Assembly: GCA_038043285.1 (NCBI GenBank)
Contig: JBBTCJ010000068.1
Span: 1 to 63,884 of the forward strand
DNA length: 63,884 bases
Origin: Planctomycetota bacterium
Lineage (GTDB): Bacteria > Planctomycetota > Phycisphaerae > UBA1845
Direction: 5' to 3'
Under the pieces are notes generated by a model. The model made no database searches. It saw only the letters and a list, made by a program, of their open reading frames with translations, and was not told the origin of the DNA. Of the stretch, positions 10,090 to 19,610 are shown one piece after another. Each line of letters starts with the position of its first letter. The stretch's first letter is position 1. Both the position numbers and the translations under genes were made by a program.

Positions 10090-11270
10090 CGCGAATCCAC
10101 CCCCTGCAAGCGCACCGTCGCCTCCTGGGGCTTCTCCTCCCGGATGAACGTCACGCGAACGTCGTCGCCGACTTTGAACTGCTCCAGCGCGTCGAGCAGT
10201 TCATACTGAGTGCGAACTTCCTTGTCCTGCACCTTGACGATCATATCTCCGAGCCGGCGGATGCGTCCGCCTGAGGTGAGCGTGGTCCCGCGAAGGCCCG
10301 CAATTGCGGCCGATCCGCCCGGCTGAAGGTCCATGATGAGCACCCCCTTCAATCCGAGTTGTTGCGCTAGATGATCGGGAAGCACCGCCACCCCGATCCC
10401 CGGGCGGATGACTCTCCCGTAGCGGATGATCTGCGGCACGACGCGACTGACGATGTCCACGGGAATGGCGAACCCGATGCCGATGTTGCCGCCCGAAGCG
10501 GTGGCGATCTGGGTGTTCACGCCGATCAGTCGTCCGGCGCTGTCCAGCAGCGGTCCGCCGGAGTTTCCGGGGTTGATGGCCGCGTCGGTCTGAATCGCGT
10601 CCTGAATCGGGCGACCTTCTACCGACTGAATCTCGCGCCCCAGCGCACTGACCACTCCGGTGGTCAGGGTGTGATCAAGTCCGAACGGATTGCCGATGGC
10701 GAACACCTTCTGCCCCACGAGCAGGTTATTCGAAGTGCCCAGGGTGGTTGGTTTCAGGCGTTCCGACGGGGCGTCGATTTTGAGCACCGCGAGATCCTTC
10801 TCCTGGGCCTGGCCGACGAGCTTCGCGTCCCAGACCGTCTGATCCGCCAGCGTCACGGTGTAGCGATCGCCGACCATGATGACGTGCGAGTTGGTCACCA
10901 CGTGACCGTCGCGGTCGTAAATGAACCCGGTTCCCGTCCCGCGTGGAATCTCAAACTGGTTGAGGCTGAAGAAGTCGCGGGCCACCTCGCTGCTTTGGAT
11001 GTACACGACGGAAGGAGACGCCTCCTTGAATATCTCGATGGTGGCCAGTTCGTCGGCTGCGAGGTCTCCGCGGGGCGTCACCGCCCTGGGTTCCGCCACG
11101 GGATTCGGCGGCGCCGTCGCCCCGTTGGGCGCCAGCCATTGCCAGACGAATAGGAATACGATCACCCACAGGGCGATCATCGTGCCCCAGCGGGGACCAC
11201 GGGAAGGGGTCATCATCTGGGGAGCAGTCCGCCCGCTGTTGGGATCAGAACCATCATCCGTTGAGTACAT
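10086..11270 (-). CDS. HtrA/DegP-family serine protease with one PDZ domain
   Basis: TM anchor, GTGTGF, TNSHV, DLAVLKI, AIGNPFGL, QTDAAINPGNSGGPL, C-terminal PDZ. Confidence 0.93.
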   Translation of the reverse strand: MYSTDDGSDPNSGRTAPQMMTPSRGPRWGTMIALWVIVFLFVWQWLAPNGATAPPNPVAEPRAVTPRGDLAADELATIEIFKEASPSVVYIQSSEVARDFFSLNQFEIPRGTGTGFIYDRDGHVVTNSHVIMVGDRYTVTLADQTVWDAKLVGQAQEKDLAVLKIDAPSERLKPTTLGTSNNLLVGQKVFAIGNPFGLDHTLTTGVVSALGREIQSVEGRPIQDAIQTDAAINPGNSGGPLLDSAGRLIGVNTQIATASGGNIGIGFAIPVDIVSRVVPQIIRYGRVIRPGIGVAVLPDHLAQQLGLKGVLIMDLQPGGSAAIAGLRGTTLTSGGRIRRLGDMIVKVQDKEVRTQYELLDALEQFKVGDDVRVTFIREEKPQEATVRLQGVDSR

Positions 11271-11340
11271 GGTCAATCATCCGACCTTTGCGTGCATAAC
11301 CACTGCGACGATACACCTAATTTTGCAGGTGGGCCAACCT

Positions 11341-11410
11341 CCGCTCCCTTACGGTCGCGGCTCTGTTCAAACGGCCACCTTTTATCAGAGCCGCGACCGT
11401 AAGGGAGCGG
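11341..11410. repeat. Repeat family A doublet, perfect 25-bp inverted repeat
   Basis: ccgctcccttacggtcgcggctctg (11341-11365) and cagagccgcgaccgtaagggagcgg (11386-11410). Confidence 0.9.
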
Positions 11411-11443
11411 TGGTTGTCACCCCGACAAATCAATCCCGGGAGA

Positions 11444-14400
11444 TCATTCGCGGCGATTTCCTCTATTCGACACCGGCGTGATCTTGAATCTGACCTCATG
11501 GCCAGGTTCGAGTTCGACGGTCACGTATCCGATCTCGCCCCCGACTGACCCCACCTCGAATTGGTTCGTTAGGGTCTCGTTACAGATCCTAAGCGTATGA
11601 GTTGTTACCGCATCTCTCACACGTTCAGATTCCGTCTCGCACCGCAGCTCGATCCGGTCCGCAATGTCCAAGCCTTGGTCCTTGCGCTGGTTTTGGACGT
11701 TTCGAATCAGTTCGCGGATCAATCCCTCTTTCTCTAGCTCCGGCGTCATGCGCTTGTCTAACAAAACTACTGTGTTTCCGAGTTCGGTCGCGCTCCGTGC
11801 TCCCGCGAAGTTTTCGTCGTACCACATTGAGTTTTCAAAAAACTCACTAGACAACGCAAATGTTTCGCCATCGATGTAGACCGAGTAAGTGTGCCCCGTC
11901 TCGTCCGAAAGTAGCGCCTCTGCGATCTCTTTGGCGGACGTCTTTGTAAGTTGGGTGATGATTTTTTTTGCCGAAGCCCCAAAATGCTGAAACAATGCTT
12001 TCGAGTTTGGGCACCACTGCGATTTTGCGAGCCAATCCGGAACGAACTCCATCACCTCAACTGCTTTGACGTTTAGCTCCTCCATGAGATCGTCCATGAA
12101 CAACTCGGTGCCTTTCGCATGCGTCGCAAGCTGTGTGCCAACGATCATCCGAGCAAGGGGCTGACGCACTTTCAGGCTGAACGCCTTACGGGCTGCCCGC
12201 CCGAGGGAGGCGATTTGAATCGAGGCCGCCACGTGCGACGAAAGCGTTTCGTCGATCAGTCCGCTGTCTGTTTGGGGAAACGGCGTCAGATGGACGCTGA
12301 CCGGGGAATCGCCCAACTGCTTCGCGACCAGGTTCTGATACATGGTCTCCGACAGAAACGGCAGGATCGGCGCCAGGACTCGGTTCAGCGTCGTGAGCAC
12401 TTCGTAGAGTGTCGCATAGGCCGCCCGCTTGTCCGCCGGCCAACCTTCGCCGTAGAATCGCCGGCGCGATCGACGAACGTACCAGGTGCTCAGGACGTCA
12501 ACAAACCGCTTCGCTTCGTCGCAGAGTCGGACGACCTCGAAACGACTGTAGGCCTCGTGGGCAACGCCGATCAAACGGTGCAGGTCGGAGAGAATCCATC
12601 GATCCAACAACGACCGCTCCGTCGGGTCGGCGGTATGAACGTTGGGCTTGAAGTCATCCACCCGCGCCAGATTGCAGAAAAAAGAGTAGACGTTCCACCA
12701 AGTCAGGATCACCTCGCGGCGGACGCTGTCGCAGTGGTGCGGGCCGAACAGCACGTTCCGTTCCGGCGGCGTCGAGGCGTAGAGCCAGCGCATCACGTCC
12801 ACGCCGAACCGCTCCGCAGCCTCTTCGAACCATATCGCGTTCCCGTCCGACTTGTGCATCGGTTTGCCCACGTCGTCCAGCACCAGGCCGTGACCCTTGA
12901 GCACTTTGAACGGAGCCTTGCCGGTCATCATCGTGCTCACCGCAAGCAGGGCATAGAACCAGTTGCGGAATTGTCCGGGAAGCGCTTCGACGACAAACTC
13001 CGCCGGGAACCACTGCTCCCAATGGGCGCGATCGCTGAAGTACCCCATCGTCGAGAAGGGCACGATGCTGGCGTCGAGCCACGGGTTGCCGACGTCCTTG
13101 ACGCGCGAGACGTCGGGATTTCCGCACTTGGCGCACCGAACTTTGACCTCGTCGACCCAGGGTCGGTGCGGGGAGTGGCCGTCGAACTTCTCCCAGCCGG
13201 AAACCGCGCGGCCTGCAAGCTCGTCCTTGCCGCCGATCACGTCGAAGTGACCGCACTTCTTGCATTCCCAAATGGGCAGCGCCAGGCCCCAGTAGCGCTT
13301 CTTGGAGATCATCCAGTCGCCCATGTTGCGAAGCCAATCCAGCTCCCGTTCCAGACCCCATTCGGGGATCCAGCGGGCTTGCTTAGCCGACTCCATGATC
13401 TCTTCGCGCCAACTCATGCCGACGAACCACTCATCGACGAGGCGATACACGAGTTCGTCCTTGCACCGCCAGCAATGCGGATAGCGATGCCAATACTGCT
13501 CCCTGGCGAACAGCACGCTGCGGCGCTTGAGGTCGCCGACCACGTCGTCGGCGACTTCGTCGAACCGCTTCCCGGACAGGAATCCGAACTGGGCGAGGAA
13601 TCGACCGTCCTCCTGCAACGGGGCGATCGACGGCAGGCTCATGTCTTTGCCGAGCTGATAGTCCTCCGCGCCACAACCGGGGGCGATGTGGACGATGCCG
13701 GTCCCTTCCGACTCGGTCACCGCGTCCCAGGCGATCACCCGATGAACCTTGGCCGCCTCGACTGCCCCGGGAAGATCGTCAAACGGGCCGACGTAGCGAA
13801 GGCCGACCAGTGCATCGCCAGAAACTTCTTCGACGACCTCAAAGGGGCCGTTGTTCTTGAATATGGCCTGGATGGACATCAACCCCGGAATCTTCGAACG
13901 ATCCGTCGTCTGCACCGGTTGGGATCGCGTGCTCTGCAAGTTCGCCTTTCCAACGTAATAAGCCCGCTCGCCTTGTCTGACCTTGACGTAGGTCATGTCA
14001 GACTTGACGGCGGCGGCGACGTTGCTGCTGAGCGTCCAGGGCGTGGTGGTCCAGACCAGCAGGCATTCAGTTGGACGATCCACCAAGGGGAAGGTTACGA
14101 AAACCGAGGTGTGCGGCACCTCGCGGTAGCCCTCGTTCATCTCCATTTGCGAGATGCCGGTTCCGCAGCGCGGGCACCACGGCATGACGTCGGCACCCTT
14201 GTAGAGCAGCCCGCGGTCGTGGCACTTCTTCAGGAATGCCCAGATTCCGTAATTGTTCTCGTCCGACATGGTGTAGTACGAGTTGTCCCAGTCCATCCAG
14301 TAGCCGAGCCGCTTGGATTGTTCGCTCTGGATCGCGGCGTACTTTCGTGCCCGGGCTTTGCACTCGTCGACGAACTTGTCGATGCCGAAAGATTCGATGT

Positions 14401-14722
14401 CCTTCTTGCTGGTAAACCCGTGCTCCTTCTCGACCTCGACTTCGACCCAAAGGCCCTGGCAGTCGAAGCCGTTCTGATAGCGCTGGTCGCGGCCCAGCGA
14501 GGCGAAGTAGCGTTGATAGACGTCTTTGTAGGTTCGCCCCCAGGCGTGGTGAACGCCCATGGGGTTGTTGGCGGTGATCGGTCCATCAAGGAACGACCAC
14601 TTCTGATTGCCGCGGTTCTGCTCGCGGAGCCTGTCGAACGCTTTGGTGCGTTCCCAAAAGGCGAGGATGTCCCGTTCCTGAGCCGGGAAATCCGCCTTGG
14701 GATCAACTTTCTCGAACGCCAT
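11444..14722 (-). CDS. ileS: Isoleucine--tRNA ligase (type 2)
   Basis: DGPITANNPMGVHH, GFDCQGL, WTTTPWTL, GTGIVHIAPG, DWMISKKRYWG, PMHKS, WYVRRSRRRF, anticodon domain. Confidence 0.95.
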   Translation of the reverse strand: MAFEKVDPKADFPAQERDILAFWERTKAFDRLREQNRGNQKWSFLDGPITANNPMGVHHAWGRTYKDVYQRYFASLGRDQRYQNGFDCQGLWVEVEVEKEHGFTSKKDIESFGIDKFVDECKARARKYAAIQSEQSKRLGYWMDWDNSYYTMSDENNYGIWAFLKKCHDRGLLYKGADVMPWCPRCGTGISQMEMNEGYREVPHTSVFVTFPLVDRPTECLLVWTTTPWTLSSNVAAAVKSDMTYVKVRQGERAYYVGKANLQSTRSQPVQTTDRSKIPGLMSIQAIFKNNGPFEVVEEVSGDALVGLRYVGPFDDLPGAVEAAKVHRVIAWDAVTESEGTGIVHIAPGCGAEDYQLGKDMSLPSIAPLQEDGRFLAQFGFLSGKRFDEVADDVVGDLKRRSVLFAREQYWHRYPHCWRCKDELVYRLVDEWFVGMSWREEIMESAKQARWIPEWGLERELDWLRNMGDWMISKKRYWGLALPIWECKKCGHFDVIGGKDELAGRAVSGWEKFDGHSPHRPWVDEVKVRCAKCGNPDVSRVKDVGNPWLDASIVPFSTMGYFSDRAHWEQWFPAEFVVEALPGQFRNWFYALLAVSTMMTGKAPFKVLKGHGLVLDDVGKPMHKSDGNAIWFEEAAERFGVDVMRWLYASTPPERNVLFGPHHCDSVRREVILTWWNVYSFFCNLARVDDFKPNVHTADPTERSLLDRWILSDLHRLIGVAHEAYSRFEVVRLCDEAKRFVDVLSTWYVRRSRRRFYGEGWPADKRAAYATLYEVLTTLNRVLAPILPFLSETMYQNLVAKQLGDSPVSVHLTPFPQTDSGLIDETLSSHVAASIQIASLGRAARKAFSLKVRQPLARMIVGTQLATHAKGTELFMDDLMEELNVKAVEVMEFVPDWLAKSQWCPNSKALFQHFGASAKKIITQLTKTSAKEIAEALLSDETGHTYSVYIDGETFALSSEFFENSMWYDENFAGARSATELGNTVVLLDKRMTPELEKEGLIRELIRNVQNQRKDQGLDIADRIELRCETESERVRDAVTTHTLRICNETLTNQFEVGSVGGEIGYVTVELEPGHEVRFKITPVSNRGNRRE

Positions 14723-14916
14723 TCAATCCTCCGTCGCCTCGCGGCCGCCGTCCGGTGCCTGCGGGGCACCTGCGAAGTGCTCCGCTTAGTCTCCCGAACC
14801 CAGCGGACGTGAATATATCGGGGTTGCGGACGATCGAAAACTACGCACCCTGCGTCGCGGCCAGGTACGCACGATCGGCAAGTTCGTTTCTTGCGGGACA
14901 AAGTTTGATCGTAGGT

Positions 14917-14948
14917 ACCCCCCTGAGTCCCCCCTATGCAAGGGGGGA
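14917..14948. repeat. C-rich/G-rich palindromic repeat (family C)
   Basis: acccccctgag-tcccccct(atgca)agggggga hairpin. Related to 16147-16190. Confidence 0.6.
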
Positions 14949-14997
14949 GGTGCAATCGCCCGCTCTGTGGTCGATGCGGGTATTGGTCGCGCCGCCC

Positions 14998-16110
14998 TCA
15001 GCCGGCCTGCGCCGAGTCAACGATGCCGTCACCCACCTGGCGACCGGCGAGCAGGTTGTCATAGACCCGCAGGTGTTGCTCGACGAAGCGGCGCAGGCCG
15101 AAAACTTCGTAGGCCTGACCCCGCGCGACCTCCTTGGCTTTCGCTTGCGCCTCGCGGTCGCGGAGCAATCGCACGACGGCGGGCGCGCTGCTGCCGCGGA
15201 GAGGCGGCTTGAAGAGCAACCCGCCGACTTTGTGACTGGCAAGTTCGGCGACCGCGTAGGTGGCTGCGCCGATCACCGCGACCCCTGCCGCCATCGCCCA
15301 GGCGATGCAGGTTGTGGAAACGTCGCCCCGCGCCGCCACCACCAGGGCATCGGAATGAACGAGCATATCCTCAAATGCGTACGAGCCTGCGCCGTGGACG
15401 ATGGGATTCTCCGTGGGCAAGCCGGCGGCAAATCGCTCGACTCGCCGCTGCTCCAGCGAATGCCCTGGGAGGATCACTCGGACTTTTTGGTCGAGATGGT
15501 TCAGCAGGGCGGCGGCCCACACCGTGTCGAAAGCGCCGCTTTCGCGGGTTACAGGATCGGGCACGATGACGACGAAGTCGTCGGGTGCGATTCCAAGCGC
15601 GTCGCGCAAGGGTTCCCGCCTCGCACCGCGAACCCAGCCGAAGTCCACAGCGGGGCGAACAAGCGCGCACCCATCCAGCGGAAATCCGCCTTCGATCAAC
15701 CGACGGCGGACCACGGCGCTGGCGCAGACAACCCCGAAGCCACGCGAGCGATGCACGGTTCGAAGAGCCTTCACGGACGCGGCAGCCAAGGCGGGATCGA
15801 ATAACTCAGCAACAACCGGGCGGCGGGCGGCCGAAGCGGCCTGGGCCGCAAACGGACCCCAGGCGTGAATCAGATCGACGCCCTCCCGGTCGGCATAGCG
15901 GGCAACCATTGCTCCGGTGAGGGCGGCTGCACCCAGGTTTGGAAGCGCATGGACGGGGCCAATGGCACGATGAACTTGTGACGCACGGTGCAAGTCGATA
16001 GCCGCCGCAACTCCCGTGCATTGAGCGGAGGGAAGGCGATCGAGAAGCTGAGAGATCGCGACGCGATGTTCCCAGGTTGCCGTTCGATCCAGCAAGTGGC
16101 AGATGCGCAT
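14998..16110 (-). CDS. Glycosyltransferase family 4 (GT-B) protein
   Basis: MRICHLLD N-terminus, DLIHAWG, VRPAVDF, IAWAMAAGVAVIG, GGLLF. Confidence 0.8.
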   Translation of the reverse strand: MRICHLLDRTATWEHRVAISQLLDRLPSAQCTGVAAAIDLHRASQVHRAIGPVHALPNLGAAALTGAMVARYADREGVDLIHAWGPFAAQAASAARRPVVAELFDPALAAASVKALRTVHRSRGFGVVCASAVVRRRLIEGGFPLDGCALVRPAVDFGWVRGARREPLRDALGIAPDDFVVIVPDPVTRESGAFDTVWAAALLNHLDQKVRVILPGHSLEQRRVERFAAGLPTENPIVHGAGSYAFEDMLVHSDALVVAARGDVSTTCIAWAMAAGVAVIGAATYAVAELASHKVGGLLFKPPLRGSSAPAVVRLLRDREAQAKAKEVARGQAYEVFGLRRFVEQHLRVYDNLLAGRQVGDGIVDSAQAG

Positions 16111-16146
16111 GGTGGTGTTGAAAACTCTGTAGGCCCGTCAAGAACG

Positions 16147-16190
16147 CCCCCTCACCCCGCCCCTCTCCCCCTACAACGGGGAAGAGGGAG
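16147..16190. repeat. CCCCTCACCCC..CTCTCCCC..GGGG.AGAGGG palindromic repeat (family C)
   Basis: ccccctcaccccgcccctctccccctacaacggggaagagggag. Confidence 0.7.
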
Positions 16191-16198
16191 AGCGGATG

Positions 16199-16960
16199 TC
16201 AGGAATCACCCTCGCGGTGCTCGTAGAACAACTTGGCAATATCAACGGCCAGCAGAACCGCAAGCTGTTTGGCGATCATGTCCTTGGTCTTCAGTCGCTG
16301 GATCTCGGCGCTATTGATGCCGATGGTGACGGTCTGACCCTCCGGGTGGACGGGCCAAACTCGCACGCGGTTCCGCGACTCCTTCTCCATGGCGTTGAGC
16401 ACCTTGACGGTGACCGTGAAGTAGGCGGCCGGGTCGATCCCGGTGATCTGCTCCTCGGCCAGGAAGTCGCGCACTTCGACCCACAACACCTGTTCGGCGC
16501 CGACTTGTTCGCCGAGCAGCCGGCAGCTCTTCTTGTTGAAGTCGGGGTCGGCTTGGCGGAGGGCGTCGATCGACTCCCGCGGAACAATCTTTTTTGCGGC
16601 CTCATGGCGTAGAAGTTCCTGGCTCAGTTCGTCAAACAGGAAGGCGCGGGCTTCTGGCCAATCCGCGCGGTCGTGGACGTCGTCGATGAAGACCAACAAA
16701 GGTCCGTCCCCGAGGCGGAACTGAGCCTGGACCTTCGCGCCTCGCCCTGAGCCGAGGTGAGCCAGGATCGCCGCGAAGGACCGACATCCGAGGCAGGGCG
16801 CGCAGGCGCAGATCGCCGCGATCAGGGTCACGTACCGGCGGGAAGCCGTCAGTCCCCAACCCGTCGCTACGCGCCGGACAGGGGACCGTGCGCAATGATG
16901 TTCGGCACTCGGGGGGAACGGCGAGAATGCCGCTTCCTGGTTGTCGCCGGTCTGATCCAT
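16199..16960 (-). CDS. Hypothetical lipoprotein (paralog of the upstream gene)
   Basis: Hydrophobic stretch ending PCLGC. KVQAQFRL...LLVFIDD...LGEQVGAEQVLWVEV...KLFYEH. Start uncertain (17017 or 16960). Confidence 0.65.
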   Translation of the reverse strand: MDQTGDNQEAAFSPFPPSAEHHCARSPVRRVATGWGLTASRRYVTLIAAICACAPCLGCRSFAAILAHLGSGRGAKVQAQFRLGDGPLLVFIDDVHDRADWPEARAFLFDELSQELLRHEAAKKIVPRESIDALRQADPDFNKKSCRLLGEQVGAEQVLWVEVRDFLAEEQITGIDPAAYFTVTVKVLNAMEKESRNRVRVWPVHPEGQTVTIGINSAEIQRLKTKDMIAKQLAVLLAVDIAKLFYEHREGDS

Positions 16961-16991
16961 TGCGGCGACTCGTGGAAGGAGCTGCGACCGA

Positions 16992-17633
16992 TCACGACTG
17001 TTCGAGGGTGTGCTCATAGAACTTCCGCGCAGTTTCCTCGGCGAACTTGCGATACACCGTCTCTCGAAACAACTGGACGTTCCCGGCCGACATCGGGATG
17101 GGTTGGTCCTCGGGATGAACCGTGTGCACCGGCGTCAGGTCGAACCTCCGGGTGCCAGCCGAATCCGCACGGACGTCGTGGACGGAAATGGCCGCCGTGA
17201 TCCGTCCCTGCATCAGCTGGGGCAGCCGCGGGTCGCGCATTTGGAATGCCGCGATTTCCAGAAAGACGACATAGTCGGCGTTGAAGTTCCTTCCGACCGC
17301 GTGAGGATCGACGAGGGTGGCGGGATGCCGCTGGAGAAAGTCTTCGACGTCGCGGGGGTCGATGAGCTGCGTGGCTGAGTTCCGTTGGGTCAGCTCGACC
17401 TGAAGCTTGTCGCCGACATAGGTGGCCAGCTCCATTCGGGCGTATTTGTAGTCAAACAGAGTGGCTGATTCGGTCCAGACAAGGATGGCGACGCGCTTGC
17501 CAGGCAGTTTGTCGAACTCCGGCGCGACCTTCTTCCGGGTATCCGCGAAGAACACCAGCGGGGTCAACAGGTTGCAGGCGGTCGCCAAAGGAACGCCGAA
17601 CAAGAGCAGCCAGCGGATTGCGGATGGGGCCAT
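16992..17633 (-). CDS. Hypothetical lipoprotein
   Basis: Lipobox LATAC. KVAPEFDKL...VAILVW...VGRNFNADYVVFLEI...RKFYEH. Confidence 0.7.
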   Translation of the reverse strand: MAPSAIRWLLLFGVPLATACNLLTPLVFFADTRKKVAPEFDKLPGKRVAILVWTESATLFDYKYARMELATYVGDKLQVELTQRNSATQLIDPRDVEDFLQRHPATLVDPHAVGRNFNADYVVFLEIAAFQMRDPRLPQLMQGRITAAISVHDVRADSAGTRRFDLTPVHTVHPEDQPIPMSAGNVQLFRETVYRKFAEETARKFYEHTLEQS

Positions 17634-17721
17634 TCGTAGGGGTCTCCCTGGGTCGTGTCCGGCGATTATGATCGAGAATGCTCGGGTCGGAAAGCGGCTC
17701 CCCGGCAAACAGGCTGCGGCC

Positions 17722-18300
17722 TCAAGCTCCCGCGGCGGCGCGGGTTGCCAAGGTAACGATGACCTTGTAGGCCCATCCCAACGCCACCGCGCCGCCGGTG
17801 ACGGCGCAAACGCGAACGGGGTTGCCAAAAACGCGGCCGAGTTCGATTGCCCTGCCGGTGGCGATTGCGGTCGCGGCGACCATGGCCGCGATGACCGTCG
17901 CCATCGCGAAGGCGAACCCGGCGGGTTGGGCGAGGAGGGACGCGATGAACTCGCCTCGGACAAAGTGGGCGAACGACGTGGTCATGCCGCAGGTGGGACA
18001 CGGGACGCCCGTCAGCATCAGGAGGCTGCACGGAGCGAAACCAAGTTGCTCGTGGGCCCCGGTTCCACCGGCAGGCGGTGAGACCCAGGTCGCGATCGTG
18101 AACACGCCGACGGCGGCGGCCAGAACACCCCAGGCCGAGGCACGACTCATGCTGGGTCGGAGGTCGTCGTGGGCGGCGCGAGAAATCACAGGGTTGACGG
18201 TAGGTGCCGAGGTCGGCGGCGTCAAGCCGGGCTTCGCGACGTCTGGGGAGCGACGGTCGGAAAGATAGGGGATCGACTTGCTTCCGCTCGCCGCTTTCAT
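17722..18300 (-). CDS. DUF2752-like membrane protein
   Basis: PCSLLMLTGVPCPTCGMTTSFAHFVRG motif between TM helices. Alternative start 18150. Confidence 0.8.
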   Translation of the reverse strand: MKAASGSKSIPYLSDRRSPDVAKPGLTPPTSAPTVNPVISRAAHDDLRPSMSRASAWGVLAAAVGVFTIATWVSPPAGGTGAHEQLGFAPCSLLMLTGVPCPTCGMTTSFAHFVRGEFIASLLAQPAGFAFAMATVIAAMVAATAIATGRAIELGRVFGNPVRVCAVTGGAVALGWAYKVIVTLATRAAAGA

Positions 18301-18320
18301 GGGGACGGCTGGTTACTCAC

Positions 18321-18351
18321 GCACCGGCGGGCAAGCCGCCAGTGACACCCG
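18321..18351. repeat. Repeat family B copy
   Basis: gcaccggcgggcaagccgccagtgacacccg. Confidence 0.75.
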
Positions 18352-18508
18352 AGCGGGTGGCGGGCGCGGACGCGGGCACTATAATCGCCGCCGGTGCGGC
18401 CTGAGTGGGCAGGCTCCTAATGATCTTGGAATGACGCAGCGCGGGAAGGACTTCCTGTTTGTCCGGGTTGTGGTGTCCGAAAGGAAGTTGAGCGTGTCGG
18501 AACACGCG

Positions 18509-19249
18509 ATGGAACCAACGTCGTCGCAGGACAAGCATTATTTTCTGGTTCGCCGGCTTCATTCGCTGAGTGGGTTGGTACCGGTGGGCGTGTTTCTCTG
18601 CGTGCACCTGTCCGCCAACGCGACGGTGCTAGTCGGCGCGGACGAGTTTCAGCGCAGCGTGGACCGCATCCACTCGCTGGGTCCGCTTCTCGTCCCGGTG
18701 GAGATCGTCGGCATCTTCATTCCTCTTCTGTTCCACGCGCTGCTGGGCTTTCAGATCATCTTCACCAGCAAATCCAATGCCCAGCAGTATCGCTACGGCA
18801 GCAATGTCCGTTACACGGCTCAGCGGACGACGGGCGTGATTGCATTCGTGTTCATTCTGTATCACGTTTGGCAGATGCACTGGTTCGGGACCGGCGTGGG
18901 CGGGGGACAGTTCGCGGCCCACGACGCTTCGGGCGCGCCGGCGGCAGCGGAGACCACGGCCGCCGCGCTACAATCGGCGTGGTGGATCGCGCCGGCGTAC
19001 GCGGTTGGCGTGGCCTCGTGCGTGTATCACCTGGCCAACGGGGTTTGGACGTCGCTGATCACCTGGGGCATCACCATCCGCCCGCGTTCGCAGCAAGTGG
19101 CGGGGTATTTTTGTGCGGCGTTCGGGTTCATCCTGCTGTTGGTGGGACTAGGCGCGCTGCGCGGGTTTAAGACGTTGGACGCGGGCAAGTCGTCGCCGCC
19201 GACTGTTGCTGAAGCGATCGCCAACGTCGGTGAGGGAGATGGAGGTTGA
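18509..19249 (+). CDS. sdhC: Succinate dehydrogenase cytochrome b558 subunit
   Basis: FLVRRLHSLSGLVPVG, PLLFHALLG, QRTTG...YHVW, YHLANG (Bacillus-type diheme anchor). Confidence 0.93.
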   Translation: MEPTSSQDKHYFLVRRLHSLSGLVPVGVFLCVHLSANATVLVGADEFQRSVDRIHSLGPLLVPVEIVGIFIPLLFHALLGFQIIFTSKSNAQQYRYGSNVRYTAQRTTGVIAFVFILYHVWQMHWFGTGVGGGQFAAHDASGAPAAAETTAAALQSAWWIAPAYAVGVASCVYHLANGVWTSLITWGITIRPRSQQVAGYFCAAFGFILLLVGLGALRGFKTLDAGKSSPPTVAEAIANVGEGDGG

Positions 19250-19257
19250 ACGGGGAT

Positions 19258-19602
19258 ATGGCGAAAAACAAAGATGACCGTTGGGTCCGTGAGCTTCCTC
19301 CGCCCGATCGCGCGAGGGAGGCTGACGCTGCAGAGGTTCTTCGCCTCTGGGTGGTCAATGGCGAATCGGATATCACCCTCCGGTCGGACGTCGTGACACA
19401 CCCGATTCTCTGGGGAGGTATCCTTGCCGACTTTGCCGTCGATGTAGCCACAATGTTTGCCGGAGGATCCCACTCGGTTGAAGAAGCGTTGCACAATGTG
19501 CAACTGGGTTTCGACGCCAGACTGCAGCATCCCAAGAAGAAACTGCACGTTCTCGACGATTGGAGCCCTGGGAGGGATTCTCGGACGGACGTCAGCGGAT
19601 AA
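19258..19602 (+). CDS. DUF5076-like small protein
   Basis: ELPPP...AAEVLRLWVV...WGGILAD pattern. Sits between sdhC and sdhA. Confidence 0.7.
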   Translation: MAKNKDDRWVRELPPPDRAREADAAEVLRLWVVNGESDITLRSDVVTHPILWGGILADFAVDVATMFAGGSHSVEEALHNVQLGFDARLQHPKKKLHVLDDWSPGRDSRTDVSG

Positions 19603-19610
19603 TGGAAACA

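Noticed and set aside
11444-12150. Diversity-generating retroelement target in ileS
   Set aside because: No template repeat or reverse transcriptase is visible in the window.
12119-14812. 897-aa plus-strand ORF and many other long antisense ORFs (e.g. 28512-30452, 41755-43479)
   Set aside because: These are shadow frames of real genes in high-GC DNA and show no recognisable motifs.
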